A DNA stretch of 64,000 nucleotides from Octopus vulgaris. Lineage: Eukaryota. Below are positions 39,657 through 51,843 of this stretch, in pieces. The notes beneath the pieces were generated by a model. That model made no database searches. It was not told where the DNA came from and was given only the letters and a program-made list of their open reading frames with translations. How positions within the stretch are numbered: position 1 is the stretch's first letter; every line of letters begins with the position of its first letter. The DNA lies in contig OX597823.1 in the NCBI GenBank assembly GCA_951406725.2, positions 20,646,001-20,710,000 of the forward strand. The letters are read 5' to 3'. The translations under genes and the position numbers were made by a program.

Positions 39657-41804
39657 TATTTCAACAATGTTGCCACTAGGGTAGTACACAGAGTAGCTAC
39701 GGGCTGGACAAAGACATTAATGGATGATGGTGGTGGTGGATGAAGATGGTGATGGGAGAAGTCAAAAAGCGCCCGCCGACTTCCGCTTCTCTAAGACATT
39801 GTTCTTTTTTTTAATAAGTTCAATTTTCTTTTTTCTTTAGTTTCAATAAATCGACATGATGTTGCAAACCTCTTACACGAAGGAGGCACTAAAACCTCTT
39901 ACAAAGTTCTTTTTTTCATTTCTTTTGCCACAAGGGCAGTATATGAATTCACAAAAATTCTCCCTGTCAGGTCCCCGAAGCAAATTGTCTTGCCGCCTGC
40001 AGACAACTCTGCGACGACAAGTCGAGGCCTGCAAAGAGGAAAGTAAAATGTTTCCTCTCAAAGGTCTTTGTGACCCTTGACAAAATGTTTTCCGTTACTA
40101 CCTCCGCAGCTACCCACGGAGGCCATAACGGACTCCTTGAGCTGACCGTGTCCTTGCGTTCTCGGTCACCCAAGCCATTCAAAAACTTTTCCACCTTCCC
40201 TCCCTTGTAGTAAAGGAGGAGAAACAACTCCTCTTCACAGGAAGGGACCTCACACTGATCCGTCAGTGGCACACTTTCCACTGACGGAGCACTGTCCGCG
40301 GGTGGCACACGTCCCACCCGCGGCTCCGTCGGCGACACAGCAACGTCAGCCGTCCGACCTCTTTTTTTTTCCTCTTTTTTTTAGAGGCTGCCAGCCCGGG
40401 GGGCTCCTTCGGCAGACACGGGGGGTCGCTATCCTCCTCCTCCGTCTGTACGTTCTTTGGTGAGCAACCATTGTTGCTCACCTGTCTTTTCTTTTCGTGG
40501 AGGCAACCTCCTCCACGACTTCCACCGTCTCCCCCTCCAATGAGGGGGCAGCGGGCACCTTTTCCTTTTCATGCTCCGGGGCAGCACCACGGCCACCGGG
40601 ACACTTCCTCTTGATATGTCCAGGCTCCAGGCACAGGTGACACTTGGGGGGGCGTCCCTCAAGTATCACCGGATACCTGTACCCGGCCATCCTCAAAAAG
40701 TCCGGTAAAACCAGACTTTTGGCTGACTGGGTCCATAGGGTCAAAACAGCTCTTGACCCCTCCCAATCAGCCGCAGGCTGTACTTTTACGTTCAGTAGCT
40801 TGGAACTGCTACCATCCAAGCCCCGGCGGATAGAGTCCTCTATCCACTCGGGCTCAACGCCTGGTGGTAAGCCGCAGATCCAAGCTCTCAACAATTTTTC
40901 TCCCTTGTAATTTGGGAGAAACAATATTTGTTTGCCCTCAATGGGCTGGCTTGCAAATTCGCAAGCTGCTTTAGGGGAGTCAAATAGCAACCAAACCGTT
41001 GCGTATTTAACTCCCCGTGCGATATATTTAACGGCTGGCATGTAGTCTGCCAGCTCGTTAACAATAGTGGCCTTTGGAAAGACTGCTATGGTGTCGAGCG
41101 ACTTCGAATATGTCCTCAGCACCACGGTCTTTTCCTCGAGCTCATTCAAATATTTTTTGGGAGGTGTCAAATCCCACACAGTGAATTTCTTTGCCATAAC
41201 GTAAGATTTAAAAACAGTTCAAAATGTGATAAAATAAAATAAGACACAGAAAGGAGAATGAAAAATACAACAGAAGGGAAGAAATAAAATTAGAAATAGC
41301 AGTTCAAAAAAAGTTCTTTTTAAAAAAAATAAATGATAGACGGAGAAAGAGAGTTCAAATCCAGACAAAGGAATTAATTTTTTCTTTTTTTTTTTTGTTT
41401 TCACTTTTTTCGGCCAAAAAATTGTATTCCAGGCCAAATGCACAGTTGGTAAAACACCTTGATAAAATAATCCTTGGTACTCCTTGGTAATTCCCGTGGA
41501 TAACACAAAGACAATTTCAAAAACAATTTTTGCAGACGGACTACGCCGCTTTAAAAATACAATTCTCACTGCAAAGTGAGTCTTTACACTCGACAACAGG
41601 CAGAAAAATTATATCTGGAGCAAAGTGGAGTTTATTATCTGCTAAAAAATATTAAATGCTAAAAAACATTAAATGCAAGCAATAGACTTCACTAAGCTCC
41701 CAAAAATACAAAACGCCTACCTGTAGTCGAGTCAAAAGTTCAATAATTCACGTTAAAACGTGACATTTGCCGGAGCGAAAATAAACACGTCCGTTCGGTG
41801 AGAG
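39657..41804 (-). mobile_element. ORF1-only non-LTR retroelement (HAL1-like, L1/Tx1-type ORF1) inserted in a SINE
   Basis: 8-bp TSD agctactt at 39649-39656 and 41805-41812 splits an otherwise contiguous SINE. Structure is an about 600-bp 5' leader, ORF1, and an about 300-bp 3' region ending in AATA/AA at the TSD. No APE or RT motifs seen. Confidence 0.8.
39967..41197 (-). pseudogene. L1/Tx1-type ORF1 (gag-like nucleic-acid-binding protein) with two frameshifts
   Basis: 239-aa ORF 40478-41197 has an RRM-like region and a CCHC knuckle (EGRPPKCHLCLEPGHIKRKC). Adding one A in each of two A-runs (near 40490 and 40370) joins ORFs 40263-40481 and 39967-40338 into about 410 aa. Confidence 0.75.
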
Positions 41805-41978
41805 AGCTACTTACCACACAGCCACTCCTGCGCCTAGTGTAACTGTTGATAGTAAATGGACGATTCGCTATTTTTAATAGTGACCACAGGCACCAGAGAT
41901 GACAACACGCAGTGGATAGATATATTTAAGGCAGGTACAATGTGAAAAAATATGTAACAAGTTACATTTATGTGACTA

Positions 41979-42016
<38 letters not shown>

Positions 42017-42510
42017 TGTATGCACACACACATATATGCTTATATATTCATATATAATCGTCTAAGAATTCATATATTAGAAACATTAGGCACTCTAGAG
42101 TGGGTATACTAGTCAAAGTATACAGTATTACAGATCCATTACAGCCGTTCTTACCAATCAGTTTCGTGCAGGGTATTAGATAACCAGCCGATTATCTAAG
42201 TGCCACGCTCATTAGTGTGATCACTGCTCTCTATTTCTGAACGTGAGAAATGTCACATCCAGTTAATGGATTACATAATTTATCTCATATCAGCATGAGT
42301 GAAAGTTTTGCTCTCGAAGTTGAAGTTGGTATCGAAACGAAGAGAGTTTTTTTTTAATAGATCATTTTTCAGCCAAGCATAGACTGCACCCTCTGCTAGA
42401 GTTGAAGTAAGTCTTGCACGTATGTAGCACTTGTTGTAATCCGTGCCACTTTCCTTCTACGATTATGCATGCCTAGCCGGGTAGTGACATTGCGTCTCCA
42501 CTGGATATTC

Positions 42511-42741
42511 ATTTCTTTATTGTCCATAGGGGCCTAAACATAGAAGGGACAAACAAGGACAGACAAAGGGATGAAGTCGATTACATCGACTCCAGTACGT
42601 AGTTAGAACTTATTTAATCGACCCCGAAAGGATGAAAAGCAAAATCGACCTCGGCGGAATTTCAGCTCCGAATGTAACGGCAGACGAAATAGCACTAAGC
42701 ATTTCGCCCGACGTGCTAACGGTTCTGCCAGCTCGCCGCCC
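42511..42741 (-). mobile_element. SINE family B
   Basis: Reverse-complement match. Confidence 0.8.
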
Positions 42742-42979
42742 TTTACTGGATATTAAAGGAGTAATCATAGTTTTTAAATCAGAACCTTTATCCTGCTATT
42801 ATACTTCCGCATGTTTCACTGCCTACTGGGGTTTTTGCCGCCACATCTGTTTCATATGCGAATGTCTAATGTTGAAATGGTCATGGTAGGAATGGTGATA
42901 TCCTAGCACCTCAACAACAGCAGCAGCAACAACAACAATAACAACAACAGCAACAACAAAGATAACAACAACATCAACA

Positions 42980-43170
42980 GTGGAGCCGCAATGGGCCAGT
43001 GGTTAGGGCAGCGGACTCGCGGTCGTAAGAACGCGGTTTCGATTCCCAGACCGGGCATTGTGAGTGTTTATTGAGCAAAAAGACCTAAGCTCCACGAGGC
43101 CCCGGCGATGGGATGGTGGTGAACCCCGCTGTACTCTCTCATCACAACTTTCTCTCTTTCTTCCTACTTC
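42980..43170 (+). mobile_element. SINE family C 5' part, joined to another repeat ending in (TAA)n at about 43461
   Basis: Head matches 30221 onward. Confidence 0.65.
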
Positions 43171-43459
43171 TGCCACAAAGCTGAGGAACCATGGTGTAAT
43201 CCACTATGGTGTGGTAAATTTTCAGACCCTAGTCTAGATTGCGAATCCTCTGTACCCCAGGATGGTTCAGCTCTCCACTCGTTAAAAGCCACCATTTATG
43301 GAATGAGGATAACAACGTAGCTTTCGCGCCCGTGCAACTGCCAGTCTATTGCGTGTGGTGGGTGGATCTTCAAGTTTCCATACGCATTCTTAGTAGCTTA
43401 GAATAGGCTCGAATTAGAGATTATTTCTTTTTTGTGGCTCTTGGCGTGATTCCTGATTG

Positions 43460-43529
<70 letters not shown>

Positions 43530-44288
43530 TAGAAGAAGAAGAAGAAGAAGAAGAAGAAGAAGAAGAAGAAGAAGAAGAAGAAGAAGAAGAAGAAGAAAAC
43601 AACGTCAACACCAATATAAGGAGAGGGAATGTTATTTATATCTTCTCTCTGGACAGAAAATAGCTATAATTATTAAACCATGGTGAATTAAATGTAGTTC
43701 ATAGCCTTTGATTATAAGACAAGTCAGTGATTGTGGCAAGAACCTTTCTTCAAGCAATTAAAACTTAAAGCTGCCATGTTTTATTTATTGTTTCGCTGCG
43801 CCCAATTTTGCTTTTTGTCCTTTTAGGGAGTATAAAATACAGTAGCAGTCACGAACCATTGATTGGCGAAAATGTCTTGTGAGAGGGGATGGCCTTTCTA
43901 TTCTAACAGCAACGCCCGCGACAGCACTACTATTAAACTATTGGTGCTTACCTTTCATTTGGAAGACCAAGAGGTTTATACACGGCCAACACTGTTAACC
44001 CGGAAATAAACCTTTCCCAATCCTGCATCTTTCAAATGCAAGGGTGACAAATGGATGATCGTGAAAGGTAATATAATGGAGATTTGGTTGTTATTTCTAG
44101 CATTTCGAGTAACTACACACAGGCTACTTTCGCTGGTTCAGCCGATGTAAAATAAATATGAATTATAGTTTGTAGGGTTTCATAGTTATATGAAGAATCC
44201 TTAATATATGGCACGATCAGCACATTTCCATACTTCTTTCAGTATATTATGAATACTATTCTATGAACTTCAGAAAATACTTTTAAAC

Positions 44289-44451
44289 CGCAGGAGTGGC
44301 TGTGTGGTAAGTAGCTTGCTAACCAACCACATCGTTCCGGGTTCAGTCCCACTGCGTGGCATCTTGGGCAAGTGTCTTCTGCTATAGTCCCGGGCCGACC
44401 AATGCCTTGTGAGTGGATTTGGTAGACGGAAACTGAAAAGAAGCCTGTCGT

Positions 44452-44517
<66 letters not shown>

Positions 44518-44519
44518 AC

Positions 44520-44557
<38 letters not shown>

Positions 44558-44788
44558 GGTATATGTGTGTGTGTTTGTGTGTGTGTGATTGTCCCCCTAG
44601 CATTGCTTGACAACCAATGCTGGTGTGTTTACGTCCCCGTCACTTAGCGGTTCGGCAAAAGAGACCGATAGAATAAGTACTGGGCTTACAAAAAGAATAA
44701 GTCCCGGGGTCGAGTTGCTCGACTAAAGGCGGTGCTCCAGCATGGCCGCAGTCAAATGACTGAAACAAGTAAAAGAGTAAAGAGTAAA
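44289..44788 (+). mobile_element. SINE family A with expanded central microsatellite
   Basis: Full-length match. Confidence 0.85.
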
Positions 44789-45177
44789 CCATTTGATAAT
44801 ATTCAATAATGGCTTGAAAGTAAAACAAAAAAGACAAACAGCGGACATAATTACTGATTTGTGTTCAGTTTATTATAAAACACCGATTTACAAACGTCGA
44901 CGTAGTTGTATACACATTTCAATGACCCTGTAATTTCAATAGCAGCAACACCTATCGTTAATAGTGAAATAAACCATTAAGAACCAGGAAATAACAAGCC
45001 TACCATAACTTATATTAATGAACGAAGCTGCTTATCCAAAACTGTCCTCAGCGTGGGTGTCGCCTTGTGAGCTTATCTTTAATTATCTTAAAATCGAATG
45101 ACTAGACAAGACAGCGAAGTTATTACTGGAATACAAGAAAATAACACCTAAATAACGTGGCTTATAGGAAAGGATGT

Positions 45178-45487
45178 GAAAGGAAGAAGAAGAAATAGTA
45201 GAAAAAGAAGGAAGAGAAGGAAGAAAGGAGGAAGACAAAGAGGAGGAAGAAAAGAAAGAAAGACGAAAAGAAGACGAAGAAGAAGAAGAAGACGAAGAAG
45301 AAGACGAAGAAGAAGAAGAAGCAGAAGAAGAAGATGAAGAAGAAGAAAAGACACAAAGGAAGAAGGAAAGAAGAAGAAGGAAGAAGAAGAAGAAGATGAA
45401 AAGAAACAAAGGAAGAAGGAAGGAAGGAAGAAGAAGAAGAAGAAGAAGAAGAAGAAGAAGAAGAAGAAGAAGAAGAAGAAGAAGAAA
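45178..45487. repeat. (GAA)n-rich tract
   Basis: Directly visible. Confidence 0.9.
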
Positions 45488-45624
45488 CGCAAACGCCACC
45501 AAATATCGCTGTGGCTACTAATTTGACAAGTTATAGCGATTTCTCATTTCCTGAAAAATAATATCTTATCACTATTTTTTGGTGAGGTCGATCATATCAC
45601 ACTTCACCACATCAGACTACCGAC

Positions 45625-45675
<51 letters not shown>

Positions 45676-46125
45676 ACACACACACACACATACAAACACA
45701 CACACACACACACACACAGAAATACACATAGGCACGTGACACTCAATATACCACATCACACATCAGATACACTCATACACTCACAATACTTCAACTTCTC
45801 ATTCATGCTTCTTTATTTCATCAGAATTTTGAAGCGACTTTTTTTCTGACAAACCAACCAATCAACCAACCAACCAACCAACAAACAAACACACAAATAA
45901 ACCAACTACCAAACCGTCCGACTAACCTATAACACTCGACTGTGTGTTTGCTTGTTAATGTGTTTGATAGTATGATGTCTGTGTGTTCACCTTCGTGACT
46001 GAAATAAACCACCAATTCGATCGTTTGAGAACGATGGAACAGATATTTTTGCATTCATGAAATATCTTGCGTTAACTATTGAAGCTCAAATATCATTACA
46101 ACCCACTCCATCCTGTATACACATT

Positions 46126-46169
<44 letters not shown>

Positions 46170-46244
46170 TATAAATATATAAATATGTATATATGTATAT
46201 ATAAATATATATAAATATATAAATATGTATATATGTATATATAA

Positions 46245-46276
<32 letters not shown>

Positions 46277-46581
46277 TTATATAATATAGATATGCATATA
46301 TCTATATATATACATATGCATATACATATGAATGTATATATATATATATATATATATATAATCAATATAGGGTGGCAAAAAAATTTTGTAGAATTCTTTT
46401 GCCACCAGCGGCCTAGTAGGAAAAAATTAAATAGTCATAAACCATTTTTACGTTCAACATCACAATCAAGGAACGGCCATAATAGGCCATTCACCCACTA
46501 GAAATAACAGCCAAAAGCTTTAACCGCAAAATAACATTAATACCGTAAACCAGGAGAAAATTGAAAAACTTTTACCCTGTA

Positions 46582-46688
46582 ATTTCTTAGACGATGCACC
46601 GTTTCATCTACCGTTTAATGGTAAACTAACCTGATTAAATTAAATCAAGCCAATCCACCATAGGCCCTTAGACTCATCAGTAAGAAAT
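46582..46688 (-). ncRNA. Type I hammerhead ribozyme, copy 1
   Basis: Minus strand reads AUUUCUUA-CUGAUGA-GUCUA...UAGAU-GAAA-CGGUGCAUCG-UC-UAAGAAAU: perfect 8-bp stem I, intact core, self-complementary stem III and GUC cleavage triplet. Predicted cut between 46590 and 46589. Confidence 0.9.
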
Positions 46689-47065
46689 AGCCAAATCGGA
46701 ACAGATATTTTTCACGAGGCATTCCTCTTGCTACCTCGGCAATATCTGACCTAAAATTTTCAAATCGTCGCACTCGCGCCAAATTTATCGGCAGCAAATA
46801 AACCACCGATTCCGTTACGGAACTAACCAGAAAATTCATAATTAATCAATATAGGGTGGCAAAAAAATTTTGTAGAATTCATTTGCCACCAGCGGCCTAG
46901 TAGGAAAAAATTAAATAGTCATAAACCATTTTTACGTTCAACATCACAATCAAGGAACGGCCATAATAGGCCATTCACCCACTAGAAATAACAGCCAAAA
47001 GCTTTAACCGCAAAATAACATTAATACCGTAAACCAGGAGAAAATTGAAAAACTTTTACCCTGTA

Positions 47066-47172
47066 ATTTCTTAGACGATGCACCGTTTCATCTACCGTTT
47101 AATGGTAAACTAACCTGATTAAATTAAATCAAGCCAATCCACCATAGGCCCTTAGACTCATCAGTAAGAAAT
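47066..47172 (-). ncRNA. Type I hammerhead ribozyme, copy 2
   Basis: Same sequence as copy 1, offset 484 bp. Confidence 0.9.
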
Positions 47173-47548
47173 AGCCAAATCGGAACAGATATTTTTCACG
47201 AGGCATTCCTCTTGCTACCTCGGCAATATCTGACCTAAAGTTTTCAAATCGTCGCACTCGCGCCAAATTTATCGGCAGCAAATAAACCACCGATTCCGTT
47301 ACGGAACTAACCAGAAAATTCATAATTAATCAATATAGGGTGGCAAAAAAATTTGTAGAATTCTTTTGCCACCAGCGGCCTAGTAGGAAAAAATTAAATA
47401 GTCATAAACCATTTTTACGTTCAACATCACAATCAAGGAACTGCCATAATAGGCCATTCACCCACTAGAAATAACAGCCAAAAGCTTTAACCGCAAAATA
47501 ACATTAATACCGTAAACCAGGAGAAAATTGAAAAACTTTTACCCTGTA

Positions 47549-47655
47549 ATTTCTTAGACGATGCACCGTTTCATCTACCGTTTAATGGTAAACTAACCTG
47601 ATTAAATTAAATCAAGCCAATCCACCATAGGCCCTTAGACTCATCAGTAAGAAAT
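47549..47655 (-). ncRNA. Type I hammerhead ribozyme, copy 3
   Basis: Same sequence as copy 1, offset 967 bp. Confidence 0.9.
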
Positions 47656-48032
47656 AGCCAAATCGGAACAGATATTTTTCACGAGGCATTCCTCTTGCTA
47701 CCTCGGCAATATCTGACCTAAAATTTTCAAATCGTCGCACTCGCGCCAAATTTATCGGCAGCAAATAAACCACCGATTCCGTTACGGAACTAACCAGAAA
47801 ATTCATAATTAATCAATATAGGGTGGCAAAAAAATTTTGTAGAATTCTTTTGCCACCAGCGGCCTAGTAGGAAAAAATTAAATAGTCATAAACCATTTTT
47901 ACGTTCAACATCACAATCAAGGAACGGCCATAATAGGCCATTCACCCACTAGAAATAACAGCCAAAAGCTTTAATCGCAAAATAACATTAATACCGTAAA
48001 CCAGGAGAAAATTGAAAAACTTTTACCCTGTA

Positions 48033-48139
48033 ATTTCTTAGACGATGCACCGTTTCATCTACCGTTTAATGGTAAACTAACCTGATTAAATTAAATCAAG
48101 CCAATCCACCATAGGCCCTTAGACTCATCAGTAAGAAAT
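48033..48139 (-). ncRNA. Type I hammerhead ribozyme, copy 4
   Basis: Same sequence as copy 1, offset 1451 bp. Confidence 0.9.
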
Positions 48140-48516
48140 AGCCAAATCGGAACAGATATTTTTCACGAGGCATTCCTCTTGCTACCTCGGCAATATCTGA
48201 CCTAAAATTTTCAAATCGTCGCACTCGCGCCAAATTTATCGGCAGCAAATAAACCACCGATTCCGTTACGGAACTAACCAGAAAATTCATAATTAATCAA
48301 TATAGGGTGGCAAAAAAATTTTGTAGAATTCTTTTGCCACCAGCGGCCTAGTAGGAAAAAATTAAATAGTCATAAACCATTTTTACGTTCAACATCACAA
48401 TCAAGGAACGGCCATAATAGGCCATTCACCCACTAGAAATAACAGCCAAAAGCTTTAACCGCAAAATAACGTTAATACCGTAAACCAGGAGAAAATTGAA
48501 AAACTTTTACCCTGTA

Positions 48517-48623
48517 ATTTCTTAGACGATGCACCGTTTCATCTACCGTTTAATGGTAAATTAACCTGATTAAATTAAATCAAGCCAATCCACCATAGGC
48601 CCTTAGACTCATCAGTAAGAAAT
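48517..48623 (-). ncRNA. Type I hammerhead ribozyme, copy 5
   Basis: As copy 1, offset 1935 bp. One substitution at 48561 turns a U-G pair of the stem II extension into U-A. Confidence 0.9.
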
Positions 48624-48911
48624 AGCCAAATCGGAACAGATATTTTTCACGAGGCATTCCTCTTGCTACCTCGGCAATATCTGACCTAAAATTTTCAAAT
48701 CGTCGCACTCGCGCCAAATTTATCGGCAGCAAATAAACCACCGATTCCGTTACGGAACTAACCAGAAAATTCATAATTAATCAATATAGGGTGGCAAAAA
48801 AATTTTGTAGGATTCTTTTGCCACCAGCGGCCTAGTAGGAAAAAATTATGCATACATATGCATGTATATATATTTATGTATATATGTATATACATATATA
48901 TATATATACAT

Positions 48912-48995
<84 letters not shown>

Positions 48996-49315
48996 GTATG
49001 CATATATTCTCTCAAAATGACATACAGTTGACTTATACATACTATCATCAACAGCACCAGGCCGAACACACCACCAACGACAACCACTCCTACACACGTT
49101 GCACACACTGCATTACACACAGTTGATCGAACTCTATAATACTGAAAATCATAAATAGACACCTCGTTTAGATCTCTTTCAGACAATTTGAATGGAATGA
49201 TATTTACATCACTAGACAGCTTAGAACCTTCGAATAGTAAACTCTTGAGATAGTACAGGGAAGGTAGCTGTCTTACTCAACTATGTAATCTCGAACAGAT
49301 AATGTTTCTCAAGTT

Positions 49316-49741
49316 TTATCCTTTCTGTCTACTTTCCATTTTTCCTAATTCTTGGCTATTTTCCGCTTCTTCCCATTTGGATCCATACTTTTTCAGCTTT
49401 GGTTCAGTATTCTGCATCTCGCTAGTTTTAGAGAGTTTTCTCCTCCACCTTATAGATGTGGTTTGTAGATGTGGTTCCGAGGTGAATTTTAGGATTTTGT
49501 TTTCCTTATTTAATTGTTGTTGCACCGAGTGATATGTTTCCTTGAGGTACTGCCTGAATCTCCATAGTTTTGTTGGTTTTGAATTGTCAGCGATGCTTCT
49601 GTAACTTTGATTTTGTTCTCAGTAGGGCTGTTTGCCCTATGCAAATCCATTTTTACTTCTGGGAAGATGTGATCTGATTAATTTGGTCCCTATCCTGTCT
49701 AGTATGCAAAACTCTACAAAGAGCTTATACTCTTCCGGCAT
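49316..49741 (-). mobile_element. Highly decayed LINE (RTE-like) RT and C-terminal fragments
   Basis: YKLFVEFCILDRI...HLPRSKNGF resembles RT domain 1-2; downstream RWRR...GSKWEEAE resembles an RTE tail. Confidence 0.45.
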
Positions 49742-51058
49742 AGCTCTCAGGGTCATTGAAACAAACAAACTACCTGAAACCAAAAGGTCTGCGCCTTGTC
49801 GTGGAGAGCAGACAGATTTTCTTTCTCAAGTTCGTCATATTTTCCCCCCAGTGCAATGTGCTAGTTGGGACAGCTTGAGAATGAGAGGGCTGCACCAGTG
49901 ACATCCGTCTGATACTCATTATAGCAGTCTAGCCGGGAGCTAATGCGAAATTAGGTACCTCACTCATATATACAATAGCGCTCCAGCCGGTCCTCAAGCT
50001 CATGATCATATGCCGAATATTCTAAACACATGGCCGCGCGCCTTTAGAGTGTACAGATATACTGAATTGAAACATTAATATCCGAAGGAAGAAATGGCGG
50101 CCTGTGCATGTTCATAAAGCCGAAGAAAATACTATGCCGTGTCAAAGAAGAGATACTTGAGATTTTCGGCAGAAAATTTCGTTGAGAGAAGGAAAACTTC
50201 TTTTATGAATGGTTCCATCGGAAATAGAATTTATTTCTAATAGAACCCTTATGCCGGTTCTACCGCAATAAGTGTTCTACCGGAAACAGTACCTAGCGTT
50301 AAGTTTATGCACTTATTGTGCAGTCTCTAGGATCATAAGAGCATTCTACGGGAGATGTTATGTATGTCGTCGTTGGAAAGCTAGAAAAAGCAGCCATATC
50401 TCCCCCAAATCACATTCTCCTATCTTAATAAAATACATAGATAATGTATTTCTAGATATGCTAATTTGAAAAATAGGATGAAATAGGCATGGCTAGAATG
50501 CAGCCATTGGCAATCAGTTTTTTATTCAAGACAGACTGCTGTGTATCTCAAGTAGCACATTGCTTAGTGTAGATCGAATAAAAGATGGGATAGTCATTGA
50601 TGGCGAGCAGTTCTTTCAAGTCTAATGTAGTATCAACTAGTGAAGACTTATATCTGAAGTTCCGACATCAATTTTCTCCACATTTTCTTTGTTAATTATT
50701 CAAATTACACATTCCTGTTCCTCATTAATTGATAATATTTGTTTTAACAATCAACACACCTTTAGTTCATAATTTTCTGTGGCAATTGAAAAATATGAAC
50801 GTGGATGCCCTAATATTCGTTGTAATTTTTCTAAATGTTATTCATCTTCAAATATGAAATGGGCACCATCATTCAACTAGAATCAAAAGAAAAACAACCC
50901 TATCTACTAATTCGAACTCTTGATTTATATTGTAAAATTCGTTTAAATCTGATATATATATAATTTTAGGCCTTTAAAAATTCTTTCCTTACTTTTTCCA
51001 GTATGCTTACCAAACTCTGTTCATGTTCTGCTAACATAAACGGAGTTTGGTAAGATGA

Positions 51059-51150
<92 letters not shown>

Positions 51151-51659
51151 GGAGTTTTTATAACGTCTTGATTTATTACAATTATCTCCTTTAGCATAGT
51201 TATCAAATGGGTTTTGAAAGCCGCTCCATGTGGGAAGGGTAACTAATTTCAAGAATCAGGAATTCTCTAAAGTTGACACGCCCTTTGACAGCAAAAGTTG
51301 TATATTAGACATATTTTCTGTTACTATATTTTGTTACATTAATCTCACTTAATCCTCCTTTATTCATAATATGTTGGCTGCCCAGATTGAAAAAGTAAAA
51401 ACATATGCACTTCAACTTGATTGACAACTTCTTTCAATTTACTTCATTCCCTATCTTTCATCTTTTAGTTGCTTCAGTTAACGGAGAGCGGCAATGCTGG
51501 AGTACCACTGTAAGGGGTTTAGCTGAATAAATAGAACTCAGTAATTATTATTTAAATTCTGGTACTTGATTTATCATCCGCTTTACCGACCCACTAATGT
51601 GCAGCGACGTAAACAAACCAATACTGGTTCGAAGCGGTCCCCCCCACACACACACTCAC

Positions 51660-51712
<53 letters not shown>

Positions 51713-51843
51713 AATGTAAAAAAATACAAACTGGGACAAGAACGTGAAACATTTAGAAGACGATACAAAAACCACGGACGGGACATTCGAAGCCTTCAAT
51801 CTTCAGTCAAGAACCGGATCATCTTCGCAATTTCGGCTGATTA

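Larger units (their letters stand above)
39225..41834 (-). mobile_element. SINE family A split by the ORF1-only element (39225-39656 plus 41805-41834)
   Basis: The two pieces rejoin into the consensus ...ggttagcaagctacttaccacacagccactcctgcgcc. Confidence 0.85.
46361..48848 (-). mobile_element. Tandem array of 484-bp hammerhead-containing units (retrozyme / Penelope pLTR-like), 5 full copies plus 68 bp
   Basis: Units start at 46361, 46845, 47329, 47812, 48296 and 48780 and differ by only 1-2 nt each. Both flanks are (TA)n-rich microsatellite. Each full unit has one hammerhead core on the minus strand. Confidence 0.85.

Noticed and set aside
46371-46417. Hairpin ggtggcaaaa/ttttgccacc plus CTAG as a Helitron 3' end, making the array a Helitron concatemer
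   Set aside because: CTAG is followed by TAGG, not a TC start; the array ends do not coincide with CTAG; the intact ribozyme and G-U-dependent stems point to an RNA element. Not fully excluded.
46645-48774. Five identical 64-aa ORFs (MNFLVSSVTES...) as a tandem gene family
   Set aside because: No recognisable domain; identity simply reflects the DNA repeat; the ORF runs through the hammerhead core, which explains the sequence better.
46361-48848. CRISPR-like array
   Set aside because: Whole units are identical, there are no unique spacers and no cas genes, and the context is eukaryotic.
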